A stretch of DNA of 64,000 bases from Candidatus Sericytochromatia bacterium (GTDB lineage Bacteria; Cyanobacteriota; Sericytochromatia; S15B-MN24; UBA4093). A program made the translations under genes and the position numbers. The stretch covers positions 64,001 through 128,000 of the forward strand of contig JAKFCT010000028.1 of NCBI GenBank assembly GCA_036676495.1, given 5' to 3'. The notes beneath the pieces were generated by a model. It did not search any database and was not told the origin of the DNA. It was given only the letters and a program-made list of their open reading frames with translations. Shown here piece after piece: positions 1-9,939 of the stretch (position 1 is its first letter; each line of letters starts with the position of its first letter).

Positions 1-1000
1 AGAGCATCTTCTTGTGGAGGTTGTTGCTCTCCGGGTACTTCACCAGGAAGTTGCGCCAGGCCCCGCCGCGCAGGAAGTCCTGGTAGCGCGAGTCCACTTC
101 ATGCCGGGCATGCTGGAAGACTCCCACCAGGTCCGTGGGCAAGGCCCATTCCTGCATCTGGGCGTAAGAGCAGGAGGGGATATAGATGCGGCCCCACGGG
201 CGACGGTTGCGCCGGTAATCCCGCAGCGTGGTCATCGAGATCCACTCGGCGTTGTCCTCGAGCAGGGTGAAGAAGCGATCCAGCCAGCCCTCGGAGTAGA
301 CGAGCTGATAGGTATTGGGCCAGCGCCCCAGCTTCTCGCCGTCGTCCAGGCAAACCGCGATTCGTCCGCCATCCGGGGTCGCGAAGGAGCGCAGGGTCTC
401 GATGACCTTCTCGGGCGAGGCGAAGGGGATCATGCTGCGTAGCTGGGAGTTCAGGGCGAAGATCTCGATGGTCCGGCCCTGTTCTTCGCTCTGGTAGTAG
501 CCGAAGAGTTCGGCGCCGCGCAGGCCCGCGGCCTTGAAGTGGACGTCGTCGAGCACGGTGTAATGGGCCCCGGCCTCGGCGATGGGCTTGACCAGATGCG
601 GCTCCCAGACCCGTTCGGCCAGCCAGAGACCCTCGGGACGATCGCCCGTGAGCGTGTCGATGCGCGAGGACAGCCGCCGGATCTGTCCGAGCTTGTCCTC
701 ATCGGGGATCGCCGCCAGGATCGGCTCGTAGTAGGCCCCCGTCAGCAGCTCGAGCTGCCCGCGCTTCACCAGCGTCGAGAGCTTGGCGATGAACTCGGGG
801 TGACGCTCGCTCAGCCACTCGAGCAGAAAGCCCGTGTAGTGGATGCTGGTCCGAATGCCCGAATGACGCTCGAGAATCTCGATGAAGGGCAGGTAGGCGC
901 GCTGGTAGGACTCCTCGATCACCGTGTCCCAATTGCCCACGGGCTGGTGGTTATGCACCCCGAAGGCGAAGTTAATCTTCGGTTGATCGGACAGAAGCAT
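1..1000 (-). CDS. GH57 alpha-amylase / 4-alpha-glucanotransferase (partial, runs off left edge)
   Basis: Hand translation from ATG at 1000: MLLSDQPKINFAFGVHNHQPVGNWDTVIEESYQRAYLPFIEIL. Has the GH57 HxHQP motif and a later GLWLAERVWEP nucleophile region. Absent from the ORF track because it is truncated. Confidence 0.9.
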   Translation of the reverse strand, partial: MLLSDQPKINFAFGVHNHQPVGNWDTVIEESYQRAYLPFIEILERHSGIRTSIHYTGFLLEWLSERHPEFIAKLSTLVKRGQLELLTGAYYEPILAAIPDEDKLGQIRRLSSRIDTLTGDRPEGLWLAERVWEPHLVKPIAEAGAHYTVLDDVHFKAAGLRGAELFGYYQSEEQGRTIEIFALNSQLRSMIPFASPEKVIETLRSFATPDGGRIAVCLDDGEKLGRWPNTYQLVYSEGWLDRFFTLLEDNAEWISMTTLRDYRRNRRPWGRIYIPSCSYAQMQEWALPTDLVGVFQHARHEVDSRYQDFLRGGAWRNFLVKYPESNNLHKKML

Positions 1001-1070
1001 GAAAGGTCCTCAGGCGGTGAAATGGTCGCTTCCACTATACCACCCAGGCCTCCGTGTCGCCAGTCGAAGG

Positions 1071-2744
1071 CTAGCTGCCCTGACGGCGGCGAAAGAGGCG
1101 GTAATCCAGGCCCTCGAAGGGATTGTCGAGATCCTCGTAACGCTGCAACAGGCCGGCCGAGATGCCGGAATGGCCCACGGGCCCCGCGTGACTCGCCGTC
1201 GGATGAGGCTCCCAGTCCCGCAGCATGGCGGCCAGGACGTCGAAGCGCGTCTGATGTTCCCGGAAGCGCTCGATGGCATAGTCCTTCGCCTGCCCGGTCG
1301 TCACCAGGAACGGCCAATCGCTCGACTGCAGCAGCAAGAGCTCGCGGCCCAGCTGATCGAGCGTCCTGCGGAGCAAGGGATCCGGGGCCTCCTCGAAGCG
1401 ATCGGCGAGGAGTTCCATCTCGCGCTCCCGCTCATGGATCAGCGGCCAGATCCACTTGACCTGATCGTTGTTCCAGACCCAGAAATGGCCCCCCGCTCCC
1501 CAGGTGCTCTCCGGCATGCGAATGGCGGCATCTGGAGGCAACGCCTCCAGGGCTTCGGAAACCGACGTCAGCACGACATCCTTTTGCTCGCAGAGGGATC
1601 TGACGACCTGCTCCAGCCACTCCACCCCCTCGAACCACCAGTGTCCGAAGAGCTCGGTATCGAAGGGAATGGCCAGCAGGCCCTGCCGGTTGTTGTGAAG
1701 CTGATGCTCCTTCAACATGCCCGTCAGCATCTCGGCGTAATGCTTGGCATGCTCGCGGACGCGCTGCATGGCCGCCCGTGGGTCGTAGACCTCTTTGTCG
1801 GCCAGATCCACTCCCTTGCCGCTGAGGCGCCAGTATTGAAGCCCGGACTGCTCGTCCTTCTTGTGGAACTCCCGGTAGAGCGGGTCTCCCGGATACCCGT
1901 TTTCCGCCGACCAGACCTGGTAGCCGGCCCGCTGATTGCGCGCCACGACCGCGACCGAGCTGCCGTCTAGGGTATAGGGCCGAAACGTCGTGAGCCCGGT
2001 CTGAGGCACCTGAGGCCCCGAGGGGACCGACAGGGACGCATAAGGGCCGAATCCGGGCCGCCAGCCCGCCACCTGGCTTCCCTCCACCGCATGGGTGTCC
2101 ACCACGAAGAACTGCAACCCCTCCTCCTCGAGAAAGCGCTCGAGGCCGGGGCGATCGCCCTCCGCGGGACGGTAGGCACACTCGGGAAGCCAGATCCCGC
2201 GCGGAGCGCGCCCAAAATGCTTGCGATAGGTGGTCACACCCACGCGAAACTGGGCGTGAAGGCTGGAATCCCGGCTCAAGAGGGGCGAGAAGCCATGGGT
2301 GGCAGCGGAGGTGATGAGCTCGATGGCGCCCTTGTCCTGGAGGTCGCGGAATCCCTTGAGCACGTTGCGGTCGTAACGCTCCCGGAAGGCCTGGAGCTGG
2401 GAGGCGTACCAGAGCCGGTACTCGGACGCGAGCTCGCGGCGGGGATCCCCGGGGGCGAAGCGCGCGATGTCACGGTCGGCCGCCATCGTCCGGCGGATGA
2501 CGTAGTCCTCGAAGCCGGCCTGCAGGTACGGATCGGCCAGTTGCTCGGCGAGGATGGGGGTGATGCCGAGGGTGAAGCGCGCCATGAGGCCTTCGGAGGT
2601 CAGGCGGTCCAGCACGGTCAGCAGGGGGAGGTAGGTCTCGGCGATCGCCTCGTAGAGGTTCTCTTCCCCGAAGGGCCACATGCCCGCCTTGCGGTAGTAG
2701 GGCAAGTGCGAATGCAGGATGAGGGCGACGAATCCGGCCGACAT
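1071..2744 (-). CDS. GH57 1,4-alpha-glucan branching enzyme (DUF1957)
   Basis: HSHLPY, GIWLPECAY, PFDTELFGHWWFEG and ELLLLQSSDWPF motifs. Confidence 0.92.
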   Translation of the reverse strand: MSAGFVALILHSHLPYYRKAGMWPFGEENLYEAIAETYLPLLTVLDRLTSEGLMARFTLGITPILAEQLADPYLQAGFEDYVIRRTMAADRDIARFAPGDPRRELASEYRLWYASQLQAFRERYDRNVLKGFRDLQDKGAIELITSAATHGFSPLLSRDSSLHAQFRVGVTTYRKHFGRAPRGIWLPECAYRPAEGDRPGLERFLEEEGLQFFVVDTHAVEGSQVAGWRPGFGPYASLSVPSGPQVPQTGLTTFRPYTLDGSSVAVVARNQRAGYQVWSAENGYPGDPLYREFHKKDEQSGLQYWRLSGKGVDLADKEVYDPRAAMQRVREHAKHYAEMLTGMLKEHQLHNNRQGLLAIPFDTELFGHWWFEGVEWLEQVVRSLCEQKDVVLTSVSEALEALPPDAAIRMPESTWGAGGHFWVWNNDQVKWIWPLIHEREREMELLADRFEEAPDPLLRRTLDQLGRELLLLQSSDWPFLVTTGQAKDYAIERFREHQTRFDVLAAMLRDWEPHPTASHAGPVGHSGISAGLLQRYEDLDNPFEGLDYRLFRRRQGS

Positions 2745-2834
2745 GGCTCACCTCCATTACGAAATGTGAACCCCCTCAGCATACCATGCGGCCCTTGCGG
2801 GAGGGCCCGACCGAACGCCATGCGGCCAAAACTA

Positions 2835-2868
2835 AAACGGGCCGGAGAGCAAGCTCTCCGGCCCGTTT
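2835..2868 (-). terminator. Intrinsic terminator-like hairpin
   Basis: Perfect inverted repeat aaacgggccggagagc / gctctccggcccgttt just after the stop of the 2871-3362 gene. Confidence 0.7.
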
Positions 2869-2870
2869 CG

Positions 2871-3362
2871 TTAGCGCTTCGACGCGATGAGCCCCAAGCT
2901 GCCCATCAACGCCAAACCGCTCACGCTCAAGGGCGCCAGGGGGGGCGGCCCGTGCTTCTCTTCCTTCTTGCCCTCGCGGTGCTCGGAGGCTTCCTCGCCC
3001 TCATGCGCATCATAATCCGCCTTCTGGACGACCAGCCCGCTCTCCTGGCGAGCCCGCTCCGCCTTCTCGCGGTGCTCCTGGGCTTCCTCCAGGTGTTCGT
3101 AGACGCCGAACAAGCCGCCGGCCGCCACCACGATCAGCAGTCCCGCCAGCACCTTGCGCAACCGGGGGCCGACCATGACCCCGAGGGCCACTGCCACCAT
3201 GCCGATCCCGGTCAGCACGACCCCGATGTTCTGGCTCTTCTCCGTATGGTTCATCAAGAGAAGCTCGCCCAGGGTCAAGGCGAAGCCCCCAGCCACCATC
3301 ACCGCCACCATCTCCGGGAACCGCTCCTGGAGCAAGGATCCTTTCGTCTCCGTCGCGTTCAT
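2871..3362 (-). CDS. Hypothetical membrane protein (about 4 TM, His/Glu-rich loop)
   Basis: Hydrophobic helices; PPPLAPLS motif before the last TM; RBS gaaagga before ATG 3362. Confidence 0.7.
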   Translation of the reverse strand: MNATETKGSLLQERFPEMVAVMVAGGFALTLGELLLMNHTEKSQNIGVVLTGIGMVAVALGVMVGPRLRKVLAGLLIVVAAGGLFGVYEHLEEAQEHREKAERARQESGLVVQKADYDAHEGEEASEHREGKKEEKHGPPPLAPLSVSGLALMGSLGLIASKR

Positions 3363-3373
3363 GATCGTTCCTT

Positions 3374-3667
3374 TCACTTCGTCCTACGCGGCCGCTCCAT
3401 CACGAGGCCGGTTCGCGCGTTGACCAGGACCTCCCGATCGTTCTCGAACTCCACCTCGTAAACGGGCTCGCCTGCGTAGGCCTTGAGGCAAATTTCCTTG
3501 ACGCGCCCTTTCTCCTGGGCCTTGGCCGCCTTGACGGCCTGGGCCGGAGTGATCGTCACCTTGTCTGCCAAGGCGTCGAGCGCAACGTCCTGGGTCCGGT
3601 CACTCGCCATCGCGGGACTCGCGACCATGAGCGCCCCCAGTAGAAGCATCAGCCAGCTTTTTTTCAT
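3374..3667 (-). CDS. Secreted PepSY-domain protein
   Basis: Signal peptide followed by ITPAQAVKAA...YEVEF...EVLVNARTG PepSY pattern. Confidence 0.85.
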   Translation of the reverse strand: MKKSWLMLLLGALMVASPAMASDRTQDVALDALADKVTITPAQAVKAAKAQEKGRVKEICLKAYAGEPVYEVEFENDREVLVNARTGLVMERPRRTK

Positions 3668-3703
3668 CCCGCGCTCCCTTCTGTTTCACGCTGCTGTCTT
3701 CAG

Positions 3704-3734
3704 CTTAGCCGGGAAGCGTGAAATAAACAGGAAA
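3704..3734 (-). promoter_or_regulatory. Possible OmpR-family direct repeat and -10 box upstream of the PepSY gene
   Basis: Minus strand TTTCCTG-N4-TTTCACG (11-bp period), then TAAGCT; adjacent to an HK/RR pair. Confidence 0.4.
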
Positions 3735-3737
3735 AAA

Positions 3738-5030
3738 TCAGGCGCGGGGAAGCCAGAGCGTGAAGGCCGTTTGACCGGGCTGGGATTCCAGGGTCACGTC
3801 GCCTCCATGGGCGCGCGCCACCGCCCGAGCGATCGCGAGGCCGAGGCCGGATCCCTCAGGACTGGCTCCCCGGGCCTCCTCCAGGCGGACGAAGCGCTCG
3901 AAGATCCGCTCATGCTCGGAAGCGGGGATCTCCGGCCCCGGGTCGCTCACCGTCAAGGCCAGGCGCCCCCCGCGATCCTTCAGGGAAACCGCGATCGCCG
4001 CCGGAGCCCGGGTGTAGCGAACGGCATTTTCCAGGAGGTTGCGCACGGCCTGGGCGACGCGCGCGGGCTCGCCCCGAACGGTGGATTGAGCGGTCATCGA
4101 GACGAACTCGAGGCTCAGGCCCCGCTCCACGGCGAGCGCCTGCAATGCCTCCAGCTCCTCCTCCACCAGCTCCTCCAGGGAGAAGGGGACGGCGGCATCG
4201 CGAATGCCCACATCGCTCCTTCCCAAGGTCAGCAGATCGCCCACGAGGAAGGCCATCCGACGCGCACTGCGCTCGATCACCTTGAGCTTCTCGGCCGCGG
4301 AGGCCGGGAGCTGCGGGTCGGCCAGCGCGAGCTGGGCATGCGTGAGCACGACCGAGAGCGGCGTGCGCAACTCATGGGAGGCGTCGCGGGTGAACTGGCG
4401 TTCCCGCTCGAAGGCTCCCTCGACGGGTTTGACGGCGCGGCGGGCCAGCCAGCTGCCGCCGAGATAAGCCAAGCCGATGGCCAGCGGCGCCATCACGGCC
4501 AGGCCCAGCGCCAGGCTGGCGAGCGAGCGCTCCGGGCCGATCAGGGACTGGCCGACGCGCAAGTAGCCGACGATCTCGCCGTCCACCGCCAAGGGCAGGA
4601 CCAAGAGGCGCATGGGATCGTCTCCCCGCTGCGTGTACGCGCCCGGGTGCAGCTCGGGCTCGGGGTCGAGTTGCACCCCGCGGGCATAAAGGACGCGTCC
4701 CTTGCGCGTCAACAGCGCCAGGTGCTCACGGTCTCCGATCGCGACCTCCGAGAGCTCGTGCATGACCTCGGAGTAGCTCTCATGGCCATGGACGAACGCG
4801 TTGAGAACGGGCGAGAGCATGCGCCCGTTGACATGGTCGAGCCCGTTGATGAGGGTGAAGCGAAAGAGCGAATAGGCGCCGAGTCCGTACAGGGCAAGGA
4901 CGGCGACCAGCACGATGAGGTAGAATGCGGTAAGCCGCCTCCTGAGGGACTTCAAAAGGGCTTCCGCCGGGTTGCCCGAAACGGACGGGGCTTGGAGAGC
5001 CGCACGCCAACGGCCCGGGGCCTCACGCAT
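3738..5030 (-). CDS. Sensor histidine kinase (HisKA + HATPase)
   Basis: DASHELRTPL H-box, NLLENAVRY N-box, GSGLGLAIA G2 box, two TM segments. Confidence 0.95.
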   Translation of the reverse strand: MREAPGRWRAALQAPSVSGNPAEALLKSLRRRLTAFYLIVLVAVLALYGLGAYSLFRFTLINGLDHVNGRMLSPVLNAFVHGHESYSEVMHELSEVAIGDREHLALLTRKGRVLYARGVQLDPEPELHPGAYTQRGDDPMRLLVLPLAVDGEIVGYLRVGQSLIGPERSLASLALGLAVMAPLAIGLAYLGGSWLARRAVKPVEGAFERERQFTRDASHELRTPLSVVLTHAQLALADPQLPASAAEKLKVIERSARRMAFLVGDLLTLGRSDVGIRDAAVPFSLEELVEEELEALQALAVERGLSLEFVSMTAQSTVRGEPARVAQAVRNLLENAVRYTRAPAAIAVSLKDRGGRLALTVSDPGPEIPASEHERIFERFVRLEEARGASPEGSGLGLAIARAVARAHGGDVTLESQPGQTAFTLWLPRA

Positions 5031-5706
5031 CGTGAGCCCCAGGGTTCATGCGGTAACCGATCCCATGCACGGTCTCGATCAGGCGCGGTTCTTGCTGGTC
5101 GCGGAGCGCCTTGCGGAGCAGCTTGACGTGCGCTCGGATGACTTCGGGATCCGGCTCGGCCTCCATGTCCCAGAGGTGCTCGAGGATGCGCTCCCGGGGG
5201 ACGATCCGGCCGGCGTTCCGCATCAGGACCTCGAGGAGCGCGCGCTCCTTGCGGGCCAGCCGGACGGGCTCGCCGGCGCGCAGGACCTCTCCGGAGGCCG
5301 GATCCAGCGAAAGATCCCCGACCCGCAGCACGGCCTCCTTGTGGGGAGAGCGGCGGCGCAGGAGGGCTCGCACCCGGGCCAGCAGCTCGTCCAACTCGAA
5401 CGGCTTGACCATGTAGTCGTCCGCGCCGGCATCGAGGCCCGCGACCTTGTCGGAAAGGGTATCGCGCGCGGTGAGCATCAGAATGGGCAGATCCAGGCCG
5501 CGCAGGCGGGCCTGGCGGCAGACGTCCAGGCCGGATTGCCGGGGCAAGGTGACGTCCAGGACGGCCAGGTCGTAAGGATAGGCTGCGAACAGCTCCTGGG
5601 CCTGCTCTCCGTCGTCGGCGACGTCCACGGCATGGCCGATGCCCGCGAGGGCCTCGCGCAGAGCGGCGGCGAGCGCCGGCTCGTCCTCGACAATCAGGAC
5701 GCGCAT
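5023..5706 (-). CDS. OmpR-family response regulator
   Basis: MRVLIVEDE receiver, GADDYMVKPF, IETVHGIGY winged helix. Confidence 0.95.
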   Translation of the reverse strand: MRVLIVEDEPALAAALREALAGIGHAVDVADDGEQAQELFAAYPYDLAVLDVTLPRQSGLDVCRQARLRGLDLPILMLTARDTLSDKVAGLDAGADDYMVKPFELDELLARVRALLRRRSPHKEAVLRVGDLSLDPASGEVLRAGEPVRLARKERALLEVLMRNAGRIVPRERILEHLWDMEAEPDPEVIRAHVKLLRKALRDQQEPRLIETVHGIGYRMNPGAHDA

Positions 5707-5708
5707 GG

Positions 5709-6605
5709 CTAGCGATCCAGCGCGCGCAGGGCGCCGAGCACGACGTTGCCGACGATCTCGAGGCTGCGCGGGGAGCAGCGCTCGGGCGTGTCGCTCGAGG
5801 TATGCCAGTACGGGTAATCGAAGTCGATCAAGTCCACGAAGGGGACTCCTTTCGCCAGGAAGGGAAGATGGTCGTCGTTGACGGCAGGTCCTTCGCGCTG
5901 GGGAAAGTGGCTCGCAACCCCCAGGGACTTGGCCGAATCCCAGATCGTGCGCATGAGGTCCGGGGCGTAGCGCGCGGAATAGGCTTCCTGAGGAATCCTG
6001 AGATCGCGATCGCCGACCATGTCGAGCAGGATCCCCCAGCGCGGCAGGGGGCGGTTCTTCACGTACCAGCGCGAGCCGTAAAACATCGTGCTGTCGGTAG
6101 TGCCCAGGTCCTCCCCATCCCAGAGGGCGATTCTCAGGGGCTTTGCCGGGGGGCGATCGCCCAAGGTCCGGGCGATTTCGAGCAGCACCGCCACTCCGGA
6201 GGCACCGTCATTGGCTCCGGGGATGGGGCTCTTGCGCTTGGCGGGATCGGGATCCTCTTCGGCGATGGGGCGGGTATCCCAGTGGGCCGCCAGCATGCCG
6301 CCCGAGCCCGGAGGCCCGAAGTCCGCGTAGAGGTTGGCCATCGGGTAGGCCTGGCCGCCCATCCGGATGGTGAAGCGATCCACGGTGACGCGGCCGCCCG
6401 CCCGGCGGAGCTCCGCTTCGAGATAGGCGAGCGTCTTGGCGTGCGCGGGACTACCCGGAACGCGCGGGCCGGCGTTCACCTGCGCGAGCAGATGCTGCCA
6501 GGCGCGCTCCCCGGAGACGCCCAGGGTGGCGGCGCCTTGGCCGCGCGCCGACATCGTGAAGGCGAGGGTCCCGATCAAGACCGGGAGCCAGAACCCGCGT
6601 CGCAT
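5709..6605 (-). CDS. Secreted M28 peptidase (glutaminyl-cyclase-like)
   Basis: AHWDTR, GANDGASG, DGED, LLDMVGD, DDHLPF and YWHTxxD motifs; signal peptide. Confidence 0.88.
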   Translation of the reverse strand: MRRGFWLPVLIGTLAFTMSARGQGAATLGVSGERAWQHLLAQVNAGPRVPGSPAHAKTLAYLEAELRRAGGRVTVDRFTIRMGGQAYPMANLYADFGPPGSGGMLAAHWDTRPIAEEDPDPAKRKSPIPGANDGASGVAVLLEIARTLGDRPPAKPLRIALWDGEDLGTTDSTMFYGSRWYVKNRPLPRWGILLDMVGDRDLRIPQEAYSARYAPDLMRTIWDSAKSLGVASHFPQREGPAVNDDHLPFLAKGVPFVDLIDFDYPYWHTSSDTPERCSPRSLEIVGNVVLGALRALDR

Positions 6606-6702
6606 GGCGCCCCCCTTTCGCTACCGCCGCGATCGCTCGCGTGCTCAAAACCGATCGATCTTACCCGATTCCCGGCGTTTGGGCATCCGGTAAACGTGCT
6701 GG

Positions 6703-6734
6703 AAAAAAGGGGCCGCTTCGATCGAAGCGGCCCC
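6703..6734 (-). terminator. Intrinsic terminator of the GH38 gene
   Basis: 12-bp stem ggggccgcttcg / cgaagcggcccc followed by T6 on the minus strand. Confidence 0.8.
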
Positions 6735-6740
6735 GCGGGG

Positions 6741-9374
6741 TTACTTGCCCCGTTCCGGACCGGTCCGGATGAGCAGGGTCACGATCTCTCCGGTGCCGAC
6801 CGGCAGCGAAAGCGGCGAGGCGCCCAGCTCCCGAATGGGCTCTTCGGCGAGGTTCGCGAGGGCGAGGCCCTGATGCGGCAAGCCGATAGCCAGCGAGGTC
6901 TCGATGGCCCGCTCCGTGGGGTTGTAGAGGCGGACGATCACGCCGTCGCCACCTTCGGAGCGCTTGATGGCCGATACGACCAGGCGATCGTCGCCCAGGT
7001 CCAGCCAGCCGTTGGGGAGCTTGCGATCGCCGGCCAGGACGGCCAGGTCTCCGCCGAAGTTCATGGTCCGCAGCGGGGTCACGGCGGCGACGGCATGCGG
7101 CTGCGCCGACATCCAGTGATCGCGGTAGGGCGCGAAGGCGTACTGGAAGCGCTGCTCGCCCTGGCACTGCGCGTCGGGCGTGGGGAAGTGCGGACCCGCG
7201 CCGCCTCCTCGCGTGCGCAGGTCATCGCGGGACAGCCAGCCCACCGCCCGGACGAGCGTCAGGGCCAGAGCCCAGGTGCCGTCCTCGGACTGAAGGGCCT
7301 CGGCCTCGGGAAGGCCGACGTTGGAGACCATCAGGCCCCAGTCCCCCTCCATGGCGCTCCAGGTCTGCTGCGGGAAGGTCGTGGCGACGTATTCCTTGAG
7401 CGGCGCGACGGGGAGCTGGTGGATGCGCGTGGTGGCCTCGCGCTCGGCGACCCAGAACTGGTTCTCCGACCAGACGCGGACGTTCTGCCGGAGGCCCGAG
7501 CCGCAGAGGACCCGGAGCCGGTGATCGCGCACGCGGTTGTCGAAGGTCGTCTCGGCCTGCACGACGCGCATGCCGGGGCGCAGGGTCAGGCGGGTCTTGA
7601 TCTTGGTCAGGACGGTCGATTGGCTGCGCGCCTGGCGATCGTCGCTGAGCGACTCGGGAAGGTTCATGAGGTGCTCGAGGACCAGCACCGCCTCGGTGGG
7701 GTTCGGGCGCTCGGTCCACCAGTTGATGAGCCGGCTATCCACCACGCGGTCCTGGGTCGGCGGCGAGTAGTTGTACTCGTCGCCGGCGTCTCCCTCGTCG
7801 ATGAAGCGGATCAGGTCGCCGTAGAAGGCTCCCGTGTCGCGATCCTCCATGACGACCTTGCCGTCGCGGACGCCCACGCGCAGGTGATCGTTCTCGATCA
7901 CGCTGGCGACGGCCACCAGGGGCAGGTCGAGCTCGGGGGTCTCCCCCCCGGGGGCATCCCCCTCGGGAGTCGCCTCGGGGGCCTGCCCGGCGCGGAGGAA
8001 GAAGCGGCGGACGCCGAATGCCGGCAGATCGCTCGCGAGGAAGCGCAGGCGGAACTTCCGAACCTTGTACCAACCCGGGAAGAGGTCGATGTCCGAGTAG
8101 AAGGACTCGGTGTCCTCGAAGCCCTCCACGACGCAGGGCACGGCCTTGCCGTCCTCGTCGACCAGATGGACCTTTTCGAAGGCGCCCTCGGGCTTGCAGT
8201 CGATCTCGGCGTAGACCCACTCGCTGCGCTCCCAGCCGGTGGGGTTGTAGGCGAGGACGCCGGACTCGTTTCCGGCGGGGGCGAGGGCGAAGAGGGCGCG
8301 CTGGATGAGGCTCTCGCCCAGCTCCTTGACCTGCGAGAAGCGAGCGAGCATCTCGAGGTGAACCTCGTCGACCGAGCAGCCGCAGATCGAGTCGTGGGGC
8401 TGGTTCTGGAGCAGGAGATCCCAGCCTTCCTGCCAGAAGCCGTCCTCGTAGGCAGCTCCCATGGCCCATGAGAGGGCCGTCAGGGGCTCGACGTAGTTCT
8501 GCCAGAGGGTCTGGCACTGGGCGTTGAGCTGCTTGAGGTACATGCGCGCGGAGAGGACGTCCGGCAGGAGGTAGGCGCGTCCGCCCTGGCGCAGCTCGCC
8601 GGCGATCTCCTCGGCGGGCATGGAACCGTTGAGCGCGAGGGCCTCGCGGACCTTGCCGAGCCGGATCGTGCCGTCGGGCCACTGGGCCTGGATGGCGTCG
8701 ATGATGGTGGGCAGGTCGGCGTTGGGGGCGATGTGATCGCAGCCGGAAAGCAGGAGAATCTGGTCGAGGCGATGCTCGGAGAGGAAGGTCTGGAAGGCCT
8801 CGAGCCGGCGCTCCAGGGAGATACGCTCCCAGAGGAAGATGTTGCAGTAGCCGGTCGGCAGGAAGGTCGTCTGGATGCGCTGGCCGGAAGGGGCCCGCCA
8901 CCAGAAGCGCTCCGTCTCGGGGTCCACGCCGCGCCAGACGACGGCCTGATCCATCCCGAACCCGAGCAGGATCTGGGGGATCTGGGCCACGTGGCCGAAC
9001 ATGTCCGGAAGGTAGCCGACCGCATCCGTTTGGCCGAAGCGCTTCATGAGGCGGCGGCCCATCAGGAGGTTCCGGATGAGCGCTTCACCGCTCACCAGGA
9101 ATTCGTCGGGAAGGATGTACCAGGGGCCGATCCCGAGGCGTCCCTCGCGGATGAAGCGCGTGAGCGTCTCGCGGCGCTCCGGTTTGATTTCGAGGTAATC
9201 CGTGAGCATGATGGTCTGGCCATCGAGGAGGAAGAACGGGATGCGTTCTTCCTCCAGGAGCGCGATGACGCGGTCGACCGTTTCGACCAGCCTCAGGCGG
9301 AACTCCTGGTAGGTGCGGTACCACTCCCGATCCCAGTGGGTATGGGGGACGACGACGACTTCCTTTGCGGACAA
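6741..9374 (-). CDS. GH38 alpha-mannosidase (MngB-like)
   Basis: PHTHWDREWY, FLLDGQ, YLPDMFGH and NQPHDSICGCS motifs; likely start TTG 9374 after RBS aaggagggg (the ORF track over-extends to 9746). Confidence 0.92.
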   Translation of the reverse strand: MSAKEVVVVPHTHWDREWYRTYQEFRLRLVETVDRVIALLEEERIPFFLLDGQTIMLTDYLEIKPERRETLTRFIREGRLGIGPWYILPDEFLVSGEALIRNLLMGRRLMKRFGQTDAVGYLPDMFGHVAQIPQILLGFGMDQAVVWRGVDPETERFWWRAPSGQRIQTTFLPTGYCNIFLWERISLERRLEAFQTFLSEHRLDQILLLSGCDHIAPNADLPTIIDAIQAQWPDGTIRLGKVREALALNGSMPAEEIAGELRQGGRAYLLPDVLSARMYLKQLNAQCQTLWQNYVEPLTALSWAMGAAYEDGFWQEGWDLLLQNQPHDSICGCSVDEVHLEMLARFSQVKELGESLIQRALFALAPAGNESGVLAYNPTGWERSEWVYAEIDCKPEGAFEKVHLVDEDGKAVPCVVEGFEDTESFYSDIDLFPGWYKVRKFRLRFLASDLPAFGVRRFFLRAGQAPEATPEGDAPGGETPELDLPLVAVASVIENDHLRVGVRDGKVVMEDRDTGAFYGDLIRFIDEGDAGDEYNYSPPTQDRVVDSRLINWWTERPNPTEAVLVLEHLMNLPESLSDDRQARSQSTVLTKIKTRLTLRPGMRVVQAETTFDNRVRDHRLRVLCGSGLRQNVRVWSENQFWVAEREATTRIHQLPVAPLKEYVATTFPQQTWSAMEGDWGLMVSNVGLPEAEALQSEDGTWALALTLVRAVGWLSRDDLRTRGGGAGPHFPTPDAQCQGEQRFQYAFAPYRDHWMSAQPHAVAAVTPLRTMNFGGDLAVLAGDRKLPNGWLDLGDDRLVVSAIKRSEGGDGVIVRLYNPTERAIETSLAIGLPHQGLALANLAEEPIRELGASPLSLPVGTGEIVTLLIRTGPERGK

Positions 9375-9510
9375 AGCGACCCCTCCTTTCCGAATGCCAA
9401 TCAGCGTACCGGATTCCCCCTTCCTTGAAAAGGGCGTCGCGTTTCGTTCGCCGTTTCCGGGGGAATAAGATCCGAGATCCCGCTCCTCCGGCATGAGAAG
9501 GAGAATGAGC

Positions 9511-9828
9511 ATGCGCCACCTGACGCTCACCGAAACCCGTGCGCTCCCGTCGCCCTCCGCGGAACTCGTCGTTCCGGTCGCTTCCGAGCTTGCCGAACCG
9601 TTGAGAGAGGCGAAAAAGGCCCTCTCGCTCATCCTTTCAGGCGGAACCAGCCGCTGCGAGACGCCTCCGGAAGCCGGAGCCTCCCCGCTTCCCCTCGATG
9701 AAGCGCTCATGCGCCTCTCGGAAGGTGAGGAAGTCTGGCTTCGCATCGCTTATCCGGAAGGCCCGTGCCGCCGCCGCACCCTGGTCCTCAATTCCCTGTC
9801 GGACGCCGAGAGCCTCCTCGCCAGCTAG
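9511..9828 (+). CDS. Hypothetical protein
   Basis: RBS gaaggag; fills the gap divergent from GH38; followed by hairpins; start could be 9505 or 9511. Confidence 0.5.
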   Translation: MRHLTLTETRALPSPSAELVVPVASELAEPLREAKKALSLILSGGTSRCETPPEAGASPLPLDEALMRLSEGEEVWLRIAYPEGPCRRRTLVLNSLSDAESLLAS

Positions 9829-9939
9829 CGCGGCTCCGAGCCGCCAGGCGAAGCCGACCATCGCCCTTACGATCGAGGCCGCCCCGACGGGGCGGCCTCT
9901 TGGTATTTGGCCCCTCCCGGCCGGGAGGGGCCTTGACGA

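Noticed and set aside
5802-8471. Long antisense ORFs (also 25751-28627, 59049-61685, 21512-23746, 18258-20492, 49879-51726)
   Set aside because: Shadow frames opposite well-supported genes, typical of high-GC codon bias; no family motifs
9375-9746. N-terminal extension of the GH38 ORF (1001-aa call)
   Set aside because: The family motif and a strong RBS begin at 9374, and the extension overlaps a divergent ORF
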